Shown here: one piece after another, positions 49,634-63,420 of the stretch | Layout: each line of letters starts with the position of its first letter | How positions within the stretch are numbered: the stretch's first letter is position 1 | Origin: Candidatus Latescibacterota bacterium | GTDB taxonomy: Bacteria > Latescibacterota > UBA2968 > UBA8231 | Assembly: GCA_036343635.1 (NCBI GenBank) | Contig: JAYYVF010000066.1 | Location: 6,173 to 70,172 of the forward strand | Length of the DNA: 64,000 nucleotides | Direction of reading: 5' to 3' | Notes under the pieces: model-generated | Databases searched by the model: none | Told to the model about the DNA's origin: nothing | Seen by the model: the letters and a program-made list of their open reading frames with translations, nothing else | Made by a program: the position numbers and the translations under genes

Positions 49634-50029
49634 ATGAGTGAAGAAACAGTTGCAAGTGAAAAAGTTGCTGAAATTATAGAGACGATTGGCGGATTGACGG
49701 TTCTTGAGTTGGCAGAACTAGTTAAAGCTCTTGAAGAAAAATTTGGTGTCTCTGCCGCCGCTCCGGTTATGATGGCTGGTGGTGATGGTGGTGGTGGTGA
49801 AGCCGCTGCCGAAGAAAAGGATTCATTTGATGTAGTCCTGGCTGGTGCGGGCGACAAAAAGATTCAGGTAATTAAGGTAGTTCGTGAGATTACCGGCCTA
49901 GGCCTGAAAGAGGCCAAGGCAATGGTCGATGAGGCTCCAAAGCCGGTAAAAGAGGGGGTTGGCAAAGACGAGGCTGAAGAGGTTAAGAAAAGCCTGGAGG
50001 AGGCTGGCGCGACCGTGGAAGTCAAATAA
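49634..50029 (+). CDS. rplL: 50S ribosomal protein L7/L12
   Basis: [31 protein letters not shown]. Confidence 0.98.
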   Translation: MSEETVASEKVAEIIETIGGLTVLELAELVKALEEKFGVSAAAPVMMAGGDGGGGEAAAEEKDSFDVVLAGAGDKKIQVIKVVREITGLGLKEAKAMVDEAPKPVKEGVGKDEAEEVKKSLEEAGATVEVK

Positions 50030-50202
50030 AGAGCATCGATTTTTAGGGTTACCGAACACGAGGTAAACAGGGTAGGGTTTTCTTTGTTTACGGATAGGCC
50101 TCGACGCCTATCGAAAGCTCATGATAACGCCACGATACTTTTTGAGATAGGTAGTTGGTGGTCGCGGGCTTTTACAATAACCATACAAGAGGAGCTTGTA
50201 CT

Positions 50203-53200
50203 TTGGCCAAGAAGGATGTTAGCATAGATAGGCGCTCTTTCGGAAAGATTAAAGAAGTAGTGGATATGCCGAATTTGCTATCGGTTCAGATCGACTCCTA
50301 TGAAGACTTTTTGCAGGTCGAAACGTCCCCTAGGCAACGTCAACGCAGAGGGTTGCACCTTGTCTTCGAGAGCGTTTTCCCCGTCACGGATGCTCAGGGC
50401 CTACACACGCTTGATTACGTGGATTACTCGATTGGGAATCCACGCTATAGCCAGGAGGAGTGTAGGGAGCGTGGTATGACCTACGCGGCACCGTTAAGGG
50501 CGACTTTACGTTTAGTTACTCGCGACAAAGAGCTTGAAGATAAGCCTATCAAAGATATAGTTGAGCAACCGGTTTTTCTCGGAGAACTTCCGTTAATGAC
50601 CGATCAGGGCACGTTTATTGTGAACGGTGCAGAGAGAGTTGTTGTTAGCCAGTTGCACCGCTCGCCCGGGGTGTTCTTTGATGAGACGGTCCATCCTAAC
50701 GGTAAGGATCTTTATTCAGCGAGAATACTGCCAGCTAAGGGGCCTTGGTTGGAATTCAGCTTAGATATAAATGATATAATGTATGTCCACATAGACCGTC
50801 GTCGGAAGTTGCCTGTTTCATTGCTATTGAAGGCACTGGGATTTTCCAAAAACGGTGAAGTCCTAAGCCTATTTCGGGACGATGAAGAAAAAGAATTGCC
50901 TGTGGATGAAGAATTGCTGGGGCGGCATTATACCGGTAAGGATTTAGTGAACAAAAAAACGGGTGAAATAATACTCGAATCTTTTGATGAAATATCCGAG
51001 AGCGTATTGGAGGCTTTGAAGGAAGCAGGAATTAAGAAGCTTAAAGTGCTGAAGGCTCCAGAAGGTACCGATCCGGGGATCATGGAAAACACGCTTAATA
51101 AGGATCCGAGTACTGATGAAGAGGATGCATTGACGCGAGTTTACAATCTACTCCGTCCCGGTGATCCTCCTAATATTGAGACCGCCCGTGGCTTATTAGA
51201 GCGTCTGTTCTTTAAAGCAAAAAGGTACAACTTGGGGGATGTTGGCCGGTATCGGATAAACCGTCGGCTGGATGTCGGTATTCCTTTTGAGAGCACTGTT
51301 CTCTACCTTGAAGACTTTCTAACTATCATCCGATACCTTATGGGTCTCCGTGTAGGGCAGGGTAATACTGACGATATTGATCATCTGGGTAATCGTCGTG
51401 TTCGCTTGGTTGGAGAATTGCTGGCTAATCAGTTCAGCATTGGGTTAACGCGTATGGCTCGTACGATACGAGAGCGCATGGGATTGCGCGATGAGGAGAA
51501 TAAGGTGACTCCTCACGACTTGGTGAACGCTCGTACTGTTTCAACTGTGATTCAGGCATTTTTTGGTTCAAGTCAATTGTCTCAATTCATGCAGCAAACG
51601 AACCCACTTGACGAATTGACGCATAAACGTCGGTTGAGTGCTTTAGGGCCAGGAGGATTGAGCAGGGATCGTGCTGGCTTCGAGGTTAGGGATGTTCACT
51701 ACACGCATTATGGCCGTATTTGTCCGATAGAAACGCCTGAAGGACCGAATATTGGGCTGATTTCATCACTAAGCACATACGCTCGTGTAAATTTATTTGG
51801 GTTTTTAGAGACACCTTATCGCAAGGTCGTCGATGGGCGAGTTACTTCTGATATCGAGTACTTGACTGCTGCTGAGGAAGACAAGTTTACAATCGCACAG
51901 GCTAATGCACCAATAGACGATAATGGCAACTTTTTGGATTCTTTAGTGAAGGCGCGTCAACGAGATGATTATCCGATGATTGGTCCAGAGGAACTTGATT
52001 ATATGGATGTTTCGCCTAAGCAGCTCGTAAGTGCTGCGGCGGCATTGATCCCCTTTTTGGAGCATGATGATGCGAACCGTGCTTTGATGGGAAGTAATAT
52101 GCAGCGTCAAGCTGTGCCGCTTTTGTTTACCCAAGCACCCTTTGTTGGGACCGGTATGGAAAGTAAAGTGGCGCAAGATTCTGGAGCAGTGGCTATAGCT
52201 CGAAATCCGGGTGAAGTGGTAAGTGTCAACGCGAAAAAGATTGTGGTTAGCCGAGACAAAAAACGCAGTACGCCACTTACCCCGCTAGATGTTGCAGACG
52301 TTGATGAATATAATCTGATAAAGTTTTCGCGATCGAACCAAGACTGCTGTATCAACCAGCGGCCGCTGGTTGAGGTGGGCCAAAAAGTTTCAAGAGGTCA
52401 AGCATTAGCTGACGGGGCAGCAACTGAGCGGGGTGACTTGGCTCTTGGTATGAACGTTAGAGTAGCCTTTATGCCATGGAATGGCTATAACTTTGAAGAT
52501 GCGATTGTTATCAGCGAACGACTTTTGAAACGTGATGTGTTTACGTCTGTTCACATAGAAGAATTTGAAATGCAGGTACGCGATACAAAGCGAGGTCAGG
52601 AAGAGATTACACGCGAAATTCCCAATGTCAGTGATACTGCTGTTCGAAATTTGGATGATGAAGGGATCATACGGATCGGAGCAGAAGTTGGTCCTGGCGA
52701 TATTCTTGTTGGTAAAGTAACGCCGAAAGGTGAAAGTGAACTTTCGCCCGAGGAGCGACTGCTTCGCGCAATTTTTGGAGAAAAAGCTGGGGACGTTCGA
52801 GATGCATCGCTGAAAGCTCCTCCCGGTATGGAGGGCGTTGTTATTGACCGCAAAGTGTTTTCTCGAAAAGAACGAAGTGAGACGTCGCGCCGAAAGGAAA
52901 AAAAGGCTATCGAGGAAATTGAAGTGAACGCAGTTGCAAAAAAAGAACAACTTTCTGCTGAGCGCAACGAGATGTTGTTAAATATTTTGGGAGAGACGAA
53001 ACTTAATCGTTTGCGCTCGAATGAAGACGATTCCGTAGTTGTTCGTGAGGGGACTCTTGTTTCTCAGCGTCTTTTAGATCGGATCGATCTTTCGGAATTG
53101 ACGCCAGATGCTGGTTGGACTGAGAGCGAAAAAGTCAATGCTCAGGTGGATAAGTTGCTGCGTTATGCAACGGAACAATTGCTCCTTGTAGATGAGCAGA

Positions 53201-54000
53201 AGGAAAGAAGCATCGAACGATTGACGCGTGGTGATGAATTACCACCAGGAATTGCTCAATTGGTTAAGGTCTATGTCGCAAAGAAGCGAAAGCTTTCAGT
53301 TGGAGACAAAATGGCCGGTCGACATGGGAATAAGGGGGTTGTGGCTTACATTGCTCCGGAGGAAGATATGCCGTTTGGCGAGGATGGAACTCCTGTAGAC
53401 ATTGCTTTAAATCCACTAGGTGTCCCTTCTCGAATGAACCTTGGTCAAATTTTTGAGACGCATTTGGGGATGGCAGCGAATGCTTTAGGTATGCATGTGG
53501 CTACTCCAGTTTTTGATGGTGCGTCTTTGGATGAAGTGCACTCCCTTTTGGCCGAAGCTGGGTTGTCCAAGGATGGTAAGCAGGTTTTGTATGATGGAAG
53601 AACGGGAAACAAGCTAGAAAAAAGGGTTACCGTAGGTTATATCTATATGCTCAAGTTGTCTCATTTGGTGGCTGATAAGATTCATGCAAGGTCGATAGGA
53701 CCTTATTCTCTTGTAACGCAACAGCCTTTGGGTGGGAAAGCTCAATTCGGAGGTCAGCGCTTTGGTGAGATGGAAGTGTGGGCCTTGGAAGCATACGGTG
53801 CTGCCTACACACTTCAAGAGATGTTAACCGTTAAGTCGGACGATGTTGCAGGTCGTTCAAAGATTTATGAAGCCATTGTAAAGGGCGAAAATCCTCCAGA
53901 GCCGGGAATACCGGAATCATTTAACGTATTGGTGAAGGAACTGCAGAGCTTATGCTTGGATGTAATATTGGAAGATAGCAGCCTTGTTGAAATATATTAA
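50203..54000 (+). CDS. rpoB: RNA polymerase beta subunit
   Basis: [21 protein letters not shown]. Probable TTG start after AGAGGAG. Confidence 0.99.
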   Translation: MAKKDVSIDRRSFGKIKEVVDMPNLLSVQIDSYEDFLQVETSPRQRQRRGLHLVFESVFPVTDAQGLHTLDYVDYSIGNPRYSQEECRERGMTYAAPLRATLRLVTRDKELEDKPIKDIVEQPVFLGELPLMTDQGTFIVNGAERVVVSQLHRSPGVFFDETVHPNGKDLYSARILPAKGPWLEFSLDINDIMYVHIDRRRKLPVSLLLKALGFSKNGEVLSLFRDDEEKELPVDEELLGRHYTGKDLVNKKTGEIILESFDEISESVLEALKEAGIKKLKVLKAPEGTDPGIMENTLNKDPSTDEEDALTRVYNLLRPGDPPNIETARGLLERLFFKAKRYNLGDVGRYRINRRLDVGIPFESTVLYLEDFLTIIRYLMGLRVGQGNTDDIDHLGNRRVRLVGELLANQFSIGLTRMARTIRERMGLRDEENKVTPHDLVNARTVSTVIQAFFGSSQLSQFMQQTNPLDELTHKRRLSALGPGGLSRDRAGFEVRDVHYTHYGRICPIETPEGPNIGLISSLSTYARVNLFGFLETPYRKVVDGRVTSDIEYLTAAEEDKFTIAQANAPIDDNGNFLDSLVKARQRDDYPMIGPEELDYMDVSPKQLVSAAAALIPFLEHDDANRALMGSNMQRQAVPLLFTQAPFVGTGMESKVAQDSGAVAIARNPGEVVSVNAKKIVVSRDKKRSTPLTPLDVADVDEYNLIKFSRSNQDCCINQRPLVEVGQKVSRGQALADGAATERGDLALGMNVRVAFMPWNGYNFEDAIVISERLLKRDVFTSVHIEEFEMQVRDTKRGQEEITREIPNVSDTAVRNLDDEGIIRIGAEVGPGDILVGKVTPKGESELSPEERLLRAIFGEKAGDVRDASLKAPPGMEGVVIDRKVFSRKERSETSRRKEKKAIEEIEVNAVAKKEQLSAERNEMLLNILGETKLNRLRSNEDDSVVVREGTLVSQRLLDRIDLSELTPDAGWTESEKVNAQVDKLLRYATEQLLLVDEQKERSIERLTRGDELPPGIAQLVKVYVAKKRKLSVGDKMAGRHGNKGVVAYIAPEEDMPFGEDGTPVDIALNPLGVPSRMNLGQIFETHLGMAANALGMHVATPVFDGASLDEVHSLLAEAGLSKDGKQVLYDGRTGNKLEKRVTVGYIYMLKLSHLVADKIHARSIGPYSLVTQQPLGGKAQFGGQRFGEMEVWALEAYGAAYTLQEMLTVKSDDVAGRSKIYEAIVKGENPPEPGIPESFNVLVKELQSLCLDVILEDSSLVEIY

Positions 54001-54042
54001 AAGCAAATTAAACCTACAGGTCTATACGCAAAGGGGGCTCCT

Positions 54043-57000
54043 GTGTTAAAGACCGCAAGTGCATCAAAAAAACCGACTGATTTTGATTCGATTCGTATAC
54101 AATTAGCTTCGCCGGAAACCATCCGGGCTTGGTCCCATGGAGAAGTAACGAAACCTGAAACGATCAACTATCGCTCGTTTAAACCCGAACGTGATGGTTT
54201 GTTTTGTGAGAGGACTTTTGGTCCGGTAAAAGATTGGAATTGCCATTGTGGTAAATACAAGGGAATTCGATATAGAGGTGTTGTATGTGATCGATGCGGC
54301 GTTGAGGTTACCCAGGCAAAGGTGCGGCGCGAGAGGCTTGGCCATATCGAATTGGCGTGTGCGGTTTCGCATATTTGGTACTTCAAATCGTTGCCGTCAC
54401 GTATAGGAGCTTTGCTCGATATTTCTATGCGCAATTTGGAGCGAGTCCTTTATTATGAATCATACGTTGTATTAGATCCTAAAGATGCGCCAGGTGTGGA
54501 ACGTTTTGGACTTTTGACAGAAGATGAACTTTTTGACTTAATGGAACAAGGCTACGATCCGGAGGTAGATATGGGCGCTCCGGCCGTAAAGAATCTTCTG
54601 ATGCACATAGACATCGAAGAATTGTCTGCTGAATTACGTACGCAAGTGCGTATGGAGACATCTGTTCAGCGCAAACAGGAAGCTTTGAAGCGCCTAAAAG
54701 TTGTTGAAGCATTTCGTCAATCTGAAAATAGGCCCGAATGGATGATTTTGGATAGCATCCCTGTTATTCCGCCAGATTTGCGGCCGTTGGTGCCCTTGGA
54801 AGGTGGGCGTTTCGCTACCTCAGATTTGAATGATTTGTATAGGCGAGTGATCAATAGAAATAACCGTTTGAAGAAGCTAATTCAGATAAAAGCTCCTGAA
54901 GTTATTTTGCGTAACGAAAAGCGAATGTTGCAAGAAGCTGTTGATGCTCTTTTTGATAACGGTCGTCGTTCGCGTGCCGTAAGAGGGGACGGGAACCGTT
55001 CACTGAAGTCTCTCAGTGATTTGCTGAAGGGTAAGCAAGGTCGTTTTAGACAGAACTTACTTGGCAAAAGGGTGGATTATTCGGGACGTTCGGTTATTGT
55101 TGTAGGCCCGGAGTTGAAGTTGCACCAATGTGGATTACCTAAAAGTATGGCGTTGGAACTTTTCAAGCCGTTTGTTATAAAAAAATTAGAAGAAAAAGGA
55201 TTGGTCCAGACCGTAAAAAGTGCAAAGAAATTGGTAGAACGTGAACGAGCTGAGGTATGGGATATTCTCGAGGAAATCATAAAGGATCATTGCGTTTTGC
55301 TGAATCGAGCTCCAACTCTTCACAGATTGGGTATCCAGGCTTTCCAGCCAAAGCTTGTAGAGGGTAAGGCCATCCGGTTGCATCCTTTGGTTTGCGCGGC
55401 ATTCAATGCTGATTTTGATGGGGATCAGATGGCAGTGCATGTTCCGTTATCTTTCGAGGCCCAGATAGAAGCTCGATTGCTTATGCTGGCAGCGAACAAC
55501 ATTCTGAAACCTGCTGATGGGGAACCAGTTGTAATGGACAACCCTCAGGATATTGTTTTGGGAAGCTATTACCTCACAAAGGTTAATTTTGACGAAAGAA
55601 GTAAGCAGGAGCGAAAGTTTTCTGGGGCGGCAGAAGCTCTTACAGCTTTTGAATCCGGTAATATTAAATTACACCAGCCGATTGATGTGCGGGTTGATGG
55701 GGAGATAGTTGAGACGACTGCTGGGAGATTGATTTTTAATGAGGTTTTACCAAAGCAGCTCGGATTTATAAATCGCACGATAGACAAGGGAGATATCAAG
55801 CGGATAACTGCTGACGTTCACCGTTTACTGGGTAATAGAGAAACTGCTGATTTTGTAGATAATCTGAAAGGGGTTGGATATTATCATGCAACTTGTGCCG
55901 GCATAACCATTTCTATTGATGATGTTGTCGTTCCTGACGCAAAAACTGAATTGATTGATGATGCCCTTGGCGAGGTAGAAAAAATACGGGATCAGTATGT
56001 CAATGGTATAATCACGGACGGTGAACGTTATAACAAAGTTATCGATGTATGGACTCATGCTACGTCGAGTGTTTCGCGAGCTGTGCAGCAGACGTTAGAA
56101 TCAGCTGAAGGCGGTTTCAATTCTGTATATATCATGAAGGATTCTGGCGCGCGTGGTAGTGAGGATCAAATAAAACAGCTTGGCGGCATGCGTGGTCTAA
56201 TGAATAAACCGCAAAAGAAGTTGACTGGGGCAGTGGGTGAAATTATCGAAACGCCGATTATAGCTTCCTTTAAAGAAGGGTTGTCTGTGCTGGAGTATTT
56301 TATTTCGACGCATGGCGCACGCAAGGGGTTGGCCGATACTGCATTAAAAACGGCTGAGGCAGGGTATCTTACCAGACGAATGGTTGATGTTGCTCAAGAT
56401 ATGGTGATTAGCGAGGTAGATTGTGGCACGACGCAGGGTTTAATGGTAGGTGCCCTTAAGGATGGCGAGGAAATCATCCAACCTCTTTCTGCGCGCATTG
56501 TTGGTCGTGTGCTACAAGAGGATGTCCGTGATGCTGACGAAAAAATCGCGGTCAAAGCAGGTCAACTTATTTTGGAAGATACTGCAAATGTTATTGCTCA
56601 AACTGGTGTCGAAGAGGTGCTGGTTAGGTCTGTATTAAATTGTGAATCGGATCGCGGGATATGTGCTATGTGTTATGGTCGGAATATGGCAACCGGCGAG
56701 CTTGTAAATAATGGGGAAGCAGTAGGCGTTGTGGCAGCTCAGAGTATCGGTGAACCAGGGACGCAATTGACGTTGCGTACGTTTCATATCGGCGGCACTT
56801 CAAGTCGAATCGCCGAGAATACACAAATCTTAGCTCGTCGTGCTGGCGTACTAAAATTTGTGAATGTCGATACTGTCGTGAGTGAGGAAATAGGGGAAAC
56901 TGTATTGGGTCGGAATGGTGAGATTGAGTTGCTGGATGAGCAGAACCGGGTTCGTTCCCGTTTCAATGTCCCTTATGGAGCTCTGTTAAAAGTTAAGGAT

Positions 57001-58143
57001 GATCAGACTGTTGAGGAGGATACTGTTATGTATGAATGGGATCCTTACAGTAACAGTATTGTATCTGATCGTGCGGGTAAAATTCGCTTCATGGATATCA
57101 CTGATGGTACTACGATGCGTGAAGAGGTGGAAGAAACAACGGGTATGAGCACTCGAACAATCGTAGAGCAACGCGATCGTACATTGAACCCTCAAATAGA
57201 GATTTCTAGCAAAGACCGAGGGGAAAGATCCTATCACATTCCGGTTGGTGCACGCTTGTTAATAGAAGACGGAGATGATATTTACCCAGGTCAAGTTTTG
57301 GTCAAGATCCCTCGTGAACGTTCAAAGACTCGTGACATTACCGGAGGGTTACCACGCGTTGCCGAACTTTTCGAGGCTCGTCGCCCGAAAGAGCCGGCCG
57401 TAATTTCTGAGATTGATGGAACGGTAGCATTTGGAGGGATCGTAAGAGGTAATAGAGAATTATTAGTCACTTCAGTAGATGATGAACAGAAGAAATATCT
57501 TGTTCCTTATGGGAAACATTTGCGGGTTCATGAGGGGGATAGGGTTGTTGCAGGAGAACGGCTCTCAGAAGGTTCAGTGAATCCGCATGATATACTTAAG
57601 GTTCAGGGCACTCATGCTGTTCAGGAATATTTGGTAAATGAGATTCAAGATGTGTATCGGTTGCAGGCAGTTGATATCGACGACAAGCATATTGAAACCA
57701 TCGTTCGACAAATGTTGCAGAAGGTTAAAGTTGTCGACCCTGGAGATACCAATTTTCTTGAAGGAGAAGAGGTTGACAAGATTAAGTTCAACAAAGAAAA
57801 CGAGAAGGTATTGGGAGAAGGCGGAGATCCTGCTACGTGTCAGCCGATTCTGCTTGGTATCACTCGTGCTTCGCTTCGGACAGATAGTTTCATTTCTGCT
57901 GCTTCGTTTCAGGAAACAACTAGGGTTCTTACGGAGGCGGCAGTTCAAGGCAAGGTTGATCAACTGCGGGGTTTAAAAGAAAATGTGATAATTGGTCGCT
58001 TGATTCCTGCCGGAACTGGTTCGGACACTTATAGCGACGTGGCCTACACGGATCATAGTCCAGAAATAGATGATTCCGAAGAGGGCGTCGCTGATTTGAA
58101 TTCAGCCTCGGACCGTGTTACATCTGGAGTTTTAAACCAATAA
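54043..58143 (+). CDS. rpoC: RNA polymerase beta' subunit
   Basis: [12 protein letters not shown], Zn fingers, QLTLRTFH. Confidence 0.99.
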   Translation: MLKTASASKKPTDFDSIRIQLASPETIRAWSHGEVTKPETINYRSFKPERDGLFCERTFGPVKDWNCHCGKYKGIRYRGVVCDRCGVEVTQAKVRRERLGHIELACAVSHIWYFKSLPSRIGALLDISMRNLERVLYYESYVVLDPKDAPGVERFGLLTEDELFDLMEQGYDPEVDMGAPAVKNLLMHIDIEELSAELRTQVRMETSVQRKQEALKRLKVVEAFRQSENRPEWMILDSIPVIPPDLRPLVPLEGGRFATSDLNDLYRRVINRNNRLKKLIQIKAPEVILRNEKRMLQEAVDALFDNGRRSRAVRGDGNRSLKSLSDLLKGKQGRFRQNLLGKRVDYSGRSVIVVGPELKLHQCGLPKSMALELFKPFVIKKLEEKGLVQTVKSAKKLVERERAEVWDILEEIIKDHCVLLNRAPTLHRLGIQAFQPKLVEGKAIRLHPLVCAAFNADFDGDQMAVHVPLSFEAQIEARLLMLAANNILKPADGEPVVMDNPQDIVLGSYYLTKVNFDERSKQERKFSGAAEALTAFESGNIKLHQPIDVRVDGEIVETTAGRLIFNEVLPKQLGFINRTIDKGDIKRITADVHRLLGNRETADFVDNLKGVGYYHATCAGITISIDDVVVPDAKTELIDDALGEVEKIRDQYVNGIITDGERYNKVIDVWTHATSSVSRAVQQTLESAEGGFNSVYIMKDSGARGSEDQIKQLGGMRGLMNKPQKKLTGAVGEIIETPIIASFKEGLSVLEYFISTHGARKGLADTALKTAEAGYLTRRMVDVAQDMVISEVDCGTTQGLMVGALKDGEEIIQPLSARIVGRVLQEDVRDADEKIAVKAGQLILEDTANVIAQTGVEEVLVRSVLNCESDRGICAMCYGRNMATGELVNNGEAVGVVAAQSIGEPGTQLTLRTFHIGGTSSRIAENTQILARRAGVLKFVNVDTVVSEEIGETVLGRNGEIELLDEQNRVRSRFNVPYGALLKVKDDQTVEEDTVMYEWDPYSNSIVSDRAGKIRFMDITDGTTMREEVEETTGMSTRTIVEQRDRTLNPQIEISSKDRGERSYHIPVGARLLIEDGDDIYPGQVLVKIPRERSKTRDITGGLPRVAELFEARRPKEPAVISEIDGTVAFGGIVRGNRELLVTSVDDEQKKYLVPYGKHLRVHEGDRVVAGERLSEGSVNPHDILKVQGTHAVQEYLVNEIQDVYRLQAVDIDDKHIETIVRQMLQKVKVVDPGDTNFLEGEEVDKIKFNKENEKVLGEGGDPATCQPILLGITRASLRTDSFISAASFQETTRVLTEAAVQGKVDQLRGLKENVIIGRLIPAGTGSDTYSDVAYTDHSPEIDDSEEGVADLNSASDRVTSGVLNQ

Positions 58144-58147
58144 AATA

Positions 58148-58176
58148 TTGACAGTTTTCGGGTTTGTGGTTAAATT
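58148..58176 (+). promoter_or_regulatory. Putative sigma70 promoter of the str operon
   Basis: TTGACA-N17-TAAATT. Confidence 0.65.
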
Positions 58177-58218
58177 TTGAGTTTGCTATTTATATGCATT
58201 TAACGGAGAAAAAAGTCG

Positions 58219-58596
58219 TTGCCGACAATTAGTCAACTAGTTCGTAAGGGCCGAACCAAAATCGTTAAGAAAAACGATGCACCCGCGTTAGAGAATTGCC
58301 CACAGAGGCGGGGGGTGTGCACTCGTGTATTTACTACGACGCCGAAAAAACCGAACTCCGCATTGCGTAAGATGGCAAGGGTAAGGTTGACGACCGGAAT
58401 TGAGGTTACCGCATATGTGCCTGGCGAAGGCCATACCCTACAGGAACACTCGATTGTGCTTGTTCGCGGTGGCCGAATTAAGGACTGTCCTGGAGTGCGG
58501 TATCATATTGTCCGGGGGGTATTGGACGCGACAGGTGTTTCCGATCGAAAGCAAGCTCGTTCAAAGTATGGCGCTCGTCGCCCTGATTCGGCTTAG
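58219..58596 (+). CDS. rpsL: 30S ribosomal protein S12
   Basis: [13 protein letters not shown]; TTG start. Confidence 0.98.
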   Translation: MPTISQLVRKGRTKIVKKNDAPALENCPQRRGVCTRVFTTTPKKPNSALRKMARVRLTTGIEVTAYVPGEGHTLQEHSIVLVRGGRIKDCPGVRYHIVRGVLDATGVSDRKQARSKYGARRPDSA

Positions 58597-58611
58597 GTAA
58601 GGGGATAGGAT

Positions 58612-59082
58612 ATGTCGCGTCGAAAGAAAGCAGTTAAACGTAAACTCTTACCGGATCCAAAGTATAATAACGTCTTGGCATCTCGTTTTATAAATTCGCT
58701 GATGACTCAGGGTAAGCGAAGTGTAGCGGAGCGTATATTTTATCTTGCTATTGACTTGGTAGAAGAAAAAGCAGACCAAAGCGCTATTGACGTTTTTCAA
58801 AAAGCGTTAGAAAATGTCAAGCCTATGGTTATGGTTAAATCTCGGAGAGTGGGTGGTCAAACTTATCAAGTTCCAATAGAAGTTCGCCCGGACGAGAGGA
58901 CTGCACGGTCGATACGTTGGATTATTCGATTCGCAAGGGAGCGATCGGAAAGGACCATGGCGGAGCGTTTGGCTAATGAATTTATTGCTGCATCCAATGG
59001 TGAGGGTGGTGCTGTGCGGCAACGTGATGAAGTACACAGAATGGCGGAGGCCAATAAGGCTTTCGCCCATTACAGATTTTAA
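58612..59082 (+). CDS. rpsG: 30S ribosomal protein S7
   Basis: SRRVGGQTYQVP, HRMAEANKAFAHYR. Confidence 0.98.
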   Translation: MSRRKKAVKRKLLPDPKYNNVLASRFINSLMTQGKRSVAERIFYLAIDLVEEKADQSAIDVFQKALENVKPMVMVKSRRVGGQTYQVPIEVRPDERTARSIRWIIRFARERSERTMAERLANEFIAASNGEGGAVRQRDEVHRMAEANKAFAHYRF

Positions 59083-59098
59083 AGGAAATTAAGAAGTA

Positions 59099-61180
59099 AT
59101 GGCTCGTCAGTTTTCACTTGAAAAAACGCGTAATATCGGAATTGCAGCGCATATAGACGCTGGAAAAACGACTACCACCGAACGAATCCTGTATTATACA
59201 GGACGCCTGCATCGGATGGGAGAAGTGCACGATGGTAACGCGACCATGGATTGGATGGAGCAGGAGCAAGAACGCGGCATTACGATTACTTCTGCGGCTA
59301 CTGCTTGCGAATGGGATGACCATCGCATCAATATTATCGACACCCCCGGTCATGTAGATTTTACGGCTGAAGTTGAACGATCGCTGCGTGTTTTGGATGG
59401 TGCTATAGGAGTTTTTTGTGGGGTTGGTGGAGTTGAGCCCCAATCTGAAACCGTATGGAGACAGGCTGATAAATACAAGGTGCCACGTATAGCGTTTGTT
59501 AACAAAATGGACCGCTCAGGAGCTGACTTTTTTAACGTGTTGGAAATGTTGGAGGATCGTCTTCATAGTAACTTTGTTCCAATCCAAATCCCTATCGGAT
59601 CCGGTGAGACGTTCAATGGAATGGTCGATCTGGTTGAAATGAAAGCAATCACTTTCGAAGAGGCATCTCACGGGGCGAATTTTTTTGAGGGAGACATACC
59701 TGAAGATTTGATGCCACAGGCATTGGAATACCGTGAGCGGATGCTTGATTCAGTCGCAGCATATGACGACGGACTATTGGAGAAATTTCTTGAAGGTCAA
59801 GAAATAGATCCGCAGGAGATTCGCGTGGCCCTGCGTAAGGCTACTGTTACTTTGGAGGCAGTGCCTGTTGCATGCGGAAGTGCATACAAGCATAAGGGCG
59901 TTCAGCGTCTTTTGGATTCCGTCATTCACTTCCTGCCTTCCCCGGCTGATGTTGCAGAAGTTTCGGGAACATTGCCTAATTCTGAAGAAGTTGCAAGTCG
60001 TCCAACTGAAGAGACAGCTCCCCTAGCTGCGCTAGCTTTCAAGGTGATGACGGATCCTTTTGTAGGTCGCTTAACGTTTGCTCGAGTCTATTCTGGAATA
60101 TTGGAAGCTGGGTCTTATGTTTATAATGTGACGACCGAAAAACGCGAACGGGTCTCGCGTTTGGTAGAGATGCACGCGAATGAGCGGACTGAATTAAAGC
60201 AGGCCTACGCAGGCGACATCATAGCGCTTGTTGGCTTAAAAGATACCACTACAGGTGATACTATATGTGATGAGAAGGAACAAATTGTTCTTGAAAAAAT
60301 AGAATTTGCTGAACCTGTTGTCCATGTTGCGATTGAACCGAAGACGCGGTCAGACCAAGAGCAATTGCACGTTGCACTGGCGAAGCTTGCCGAAGAGGAC
60401 CCGACTTTCAAGGTGAAAGTTGATGATGAGACGGCTCAGACTGTGATGTCAGGTATGGGTGAGTTACATCTAGAAATTTTAATTGATCGCCTTTTTCGTG
60501 AATTCAATGTGGAAGCTAATGTTGGACAGCCTCAAGTTGCGTACAAAGAGGGAATGAGAAAGCCTGCGCATGGGACGGGTCGCTTTATTCGCCAATCAGG
60601 TGGTCGTGGTCAATTTGGTCACGTAGAAATGGAAATTGAACCAGGAGAAGCTGGAACAGGCTTGGTTTTCGAATCTAAAGTTGTAGGCGGTAATATTCCT
60701 CGTGAGTTTATCAATCCTGCAAGAGATGGTATCAAGGAAGCAATGGATAACGGTCCAGTAGCTGGTTTCCCTATTGAAGATGCGAAGGTTACTTTGGTGG
60801 ATGGTTCGTTTCATGCGGTTGATTCCTCAGAAATGGCATTCAAGATAGCCGGTTCGATGGGCTTCAAAAATGGAGCAGCGAACGCAGATCCATTTTTAAT
60901 GGAGCCGATAATGGATCTGGAGGTTGTTGTTCCCGAGCAATACTTAGGGGACGTCATGGGCGACTTGAACTCTCATCGCGGAGAAGTCCAGGGCATGAAC
61001 CCACGCGGGGATGCACAGGTTATTAAGGCATTTATACCTCTTAGTGAAACGTTTGGATATGCTACACGTTTACGATCTTTAACACAGGGTCGGGCAGTAT
61101 TTACTCTTCAATTTGCAAAATATAGTGAGGTGCCTCGAAATATCACCGAGGCGATTATCGCGAAAGACAGTGGGAAATAA
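59099..61180 (+). CDS. fusA: Elongation factor G
   Basis: [30 protein letters not shown]. Confidence 0.99.
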   Translation: MARQFSLEKTRNIGIAAHIDAGKTTTTERILYYTGRLHRMGEVHDGNATMDWMEQEQERGITITSAATACEWDDHRINIIDTPGHVDFTAEVERSLRVLDGAIGVFCGVGGVEPQSETVWRQADKYKVPRIAFVNKMDRSGADFFNVLEMLEDRLHSNFVPIQIPIGSGETFNGMVDLVEMKAITFEEASHGANFFEGDIPEDLMPQALEYRERMLDSVAAYDDGLLEKFLEGQEIDPQEIRVALRKATVTLEAVPVACGSAYKHKGVQRLLDSVIHFLPSPADVAEVSGTLPNSEEVASRPTEETAPLAALAFKVMTDPFVGRLTFARVYSGILEAGSYVYNVTTEKRERVSRLVEMHANERTELKQAYAGDIIALVGLKDTTTGDTICDEKEQIVLEKIEFAEPVVHVAIEPKTRSDQEQLHVALAKLAEEDPTFKVKVDDETAQTVMSGMGELHLEILIDRLFREFNVEANVGQPQVAYKEGMRKPAHGTGRFIRQSGGRGQFGHVEMEIEPGEAGTGLVFESKVVGGNIPREFINPARDGIKEAMDNGPVAGFPIEDAKVTLVDGSFHAVDSSEMAFKIAGSMGFKNGAANADPFLMEPIMDLEVVVPEQYLGDVMGDLNSHRGEVQGMNPRGDAQVIKAFIPLSETFGYATRLRSLTQGRAVFTLQFAKYSEVPRNITEAIIAKDSGK

Positions 61181-61229
61181 CAATAATTGCTTGATTTGCA
61201 ATTAACGTAGAGAAGAAAGGAATTTAAAA

Positions 61230-62420
61230 ATGGCCAAGGAACAGTTTGAACGTAATAAGCCGCATGTGAATATCGGCACGATCGGCCACGTGGATCATGG
61301 TAAGACCACGTTGACGGCTGCTATTACCTTGCACTTGGCCAGCAAAGGGTTGGCTGAGGCTAAAAATATTGAGGAGATAGATAATGCCCCTGAAGAAAAA
61401 GAACGGGGTGTTACTATCAATGTTTCGCACCAGGAATATGAGACTGAGAATAGACATTATGCCCACGTCGATTGTCCGGGACATGCTGACTACATCAAGA
61501 ACATGATTACGGGTGCGGCACAGATGGATGGCGCCATTCTTGTAGTGAGTGCTGCAGACGGACCGATGATCCAGACGCGTGAGCATATTCTTTTAGCAAG
61601 ACAGGTCAATGTACCGCGAATCTGCGTATTTTTGAATAAGGTAGATCAGGTTGATGATGAGGAACTTCTTGATTTAGTCGAGTTGGAAACTCGTGAACTA
61701 TTGAGCGAGTATGGATTTGAAGGAGATGATACGCCAGTTGTTCGCGGTTCGGCCCTTCAAGCCTTTGAAGGCGATGAAGGTCCAACGGGGAAACCGGCAA
61801 TTGATGAATTGATGACGTCCGTAGATGAATGGATACCGATGCCTGAGCGACCAGTAGATCAGCCTTTTCTGATGCCAATAGAAGATGTGTTTAGTATTTC
61901 AGGACGAGGTACTGTGGGGACTGGGCGCGTAGAGCGCGGTATCATTAAGGTTAGTGAAGAGGTAGAAGTTGTCGGGATTCGGGAAACACGTACTACTACG
62001 ATCACTGGCGTAGAAATGTTCCGCAAACTGCTTGATGAGGGACGAGCTGGTGATAATGTAGGACTATTGTTTCGTGGCGTAGAAAAAGAGGAACTACTTC
62101 GCGGGATGGTGGTTTGTAAGCCCGGATCAATTGCGCCACACACTAAATTTAAGGCTGAGGTCTACGTCCTTACGAGTAAAGAGGGAGGGCGTGAAAAACC
62201 CTTTTTCTCTGGCTATCGTCCTCAGTTTTTCTTTCGTACTACAGATGTTACGGGAACGATAGCATTGCCCGAAGGCACTGAGATGGTTATGCCCGGTGAT
62301 AATGTTACGATGGACGTGGATTTGATTCAACCGATCGCTGTTGAGGCCAACTTGCGTTTTGCTATTCGTGAAGGTGGACGCACAATTGGTTCCGGCGTTG
62401 TTACAGAAATAACAGAGTAA
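61230..62420 (+). CDS. tuf: Elongation factor Tu
   Basis: [25 protein letters not shown]. Confidence 0.99.
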   Translation: MAKEQFERNKPHVNIGTIGHVDHGKTTLTAAITLHLASKGLAEAKNIEEIDNAPEEKERGVTINVSHQEYETENRHYAHVDCPGHADYIKNMITGAAQMDGAILVVSAADGPMIQTREHILLARQVNVPRICVFLNKVDQVDDEELLDLVELETRELLSEYGFEGDDTPVVRGSALQAFEGDEGPTGKPAIDELMTSVDEWIPMPERPVDQPFLMPIEDVFSISGRGTVGTGRVERGIIKVSEEVEVVGIRETRTTTITGVEMFRKLLDEGRAGDNVGLLFRGVEKEELLRGMVVCKPGSIAPHTKFKAEVYVLTSKEGGREKPFFSGYRPQFFFRTTDVTGTIALPEGTEMVMPGDNVTMDVDLIQPIAVEANLRFAIREGGRTIGSGVVTEITE

Positions 62421-62447
62421 TGTTACAATTCGGGGAGATGCGCTAAA

Positions 62448-62756
62448 GTGGCTGTTGATAGAATACGGATACGTTTGAAGGCGTACGACCACGCTGCTCT
62501 TGACCGTTCCGTGGATGAGATAGTACAAACGGTGAAACGGAGCGGAGCAAGGATTTGTGGTCCGGTGCCTTTGCCTACTGCTCGAAGCATTTACACTGTT
62601 TTACGGTCGCCTCACGTGGACAAAAAGTCGCGGGAGCAATTTGAAACTCGTGTCCATAAACGTCTTATTGATATCTACGATTCGACGCCGCAGACCGTGG
62701 ATGCACTCATGAAGTTGGATTTGCCTGCCGGTATCGGCATTGACATTAAGGTTTAG
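62448..62756 (+). CDS. rpsJ: 30S ribosomal protein S10
   Basis: [24 protein letters not shown]. Confidence 0.98.
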   Translation: MAVDRIRIRLKAYDHAALDRSVDEIVQTVKRSGARICGPVPLPTARSIYTVLRSPHVDKKSREQFETRVHKRLIDIYDSTPQTVDALMKLDLPAGIGIDIKV

Positions 62757-62763
62757 AGAGAAG

Positions 62764-63420
62764 ATGGCTACACAGGTTGAGGTCTTGGGTATAGATGGCA
62801 AACCAACTGGATCAGTTGAACTTTCTGATGAGTTGTTCGCAGTGGAGGTTTCTGAATATGCCATTTATCGTGCTGTGGTAGCTTATGAGGCTAACCAACG
62901 ACAAGGGACGGCCAAAGTTAAGACTCGTTCGGAAGTTTCATTAACCAGTAAGAAACACCATAGACAGAAGGGGACGGGTGGTGCACGGCGTGGTTCGAAT
63001 CGGTCTCCGCTGATTCGTGGAGGTGGAGTTGCTTTTGGCCCTCAACCTCGGTCATATAACATCAGGTTACCCAAATCGCTGAAGAGGTTAGCGTTTCGTT
63101 CAGCTCTCACCGTTAAGTGTTCGAATGATCAAATCAAAATTGTTGATGATTTTGATTTTGAAAGACCAAGCACTAAGTCTTTTCAGGGCGTTTTGAATGC
63201 CTGTGGATTGGTTGGTCCGAAAGTTTTGTTTGTAACGCCGGAAAAAGTCTCGGTCTTGGTTCAATCGAGTGGAAACCTTAGACATGTTAAAACGACGCAC
63301 GTAGGGTCTCTTGGGGCTTACGATGTGATAGCCTCAGATATTGTGCTATTTACTCGCCATGCTATGGATAGATTAAATGAACATCATGTTATAGGCGTAG
63401 AGGAGTTAGCCGGTGTCTAA
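62764..63420 (+). CDS. rplD: 50S ribosomal protein L4
   Basis: RQGTAKVKTRSEV, RQKGTGGAR.GS.RSP..RGGGVAFGP. ATG at 62764. Confidence 0.97.
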   Translation: MATQVEVLGIDGKPTGSVELSDELFAVEVSEYAIYRAVVAYEANQRQGTAKVKTRSEVSLTSKKHHRQKGTGGARRGSNRSPLIRGGGVAFGPQPRSYNIRLPKSLKRLAFRSALTVKCSNDQIKIVDDFDFERPSTKSFQGVLNACGLVGPKVLFVTPEKVSVLVQSSGNLRHVKTTHVGSLGAYDVIASDIVLFTRHAMDRLNEHHVIGVEELAGV

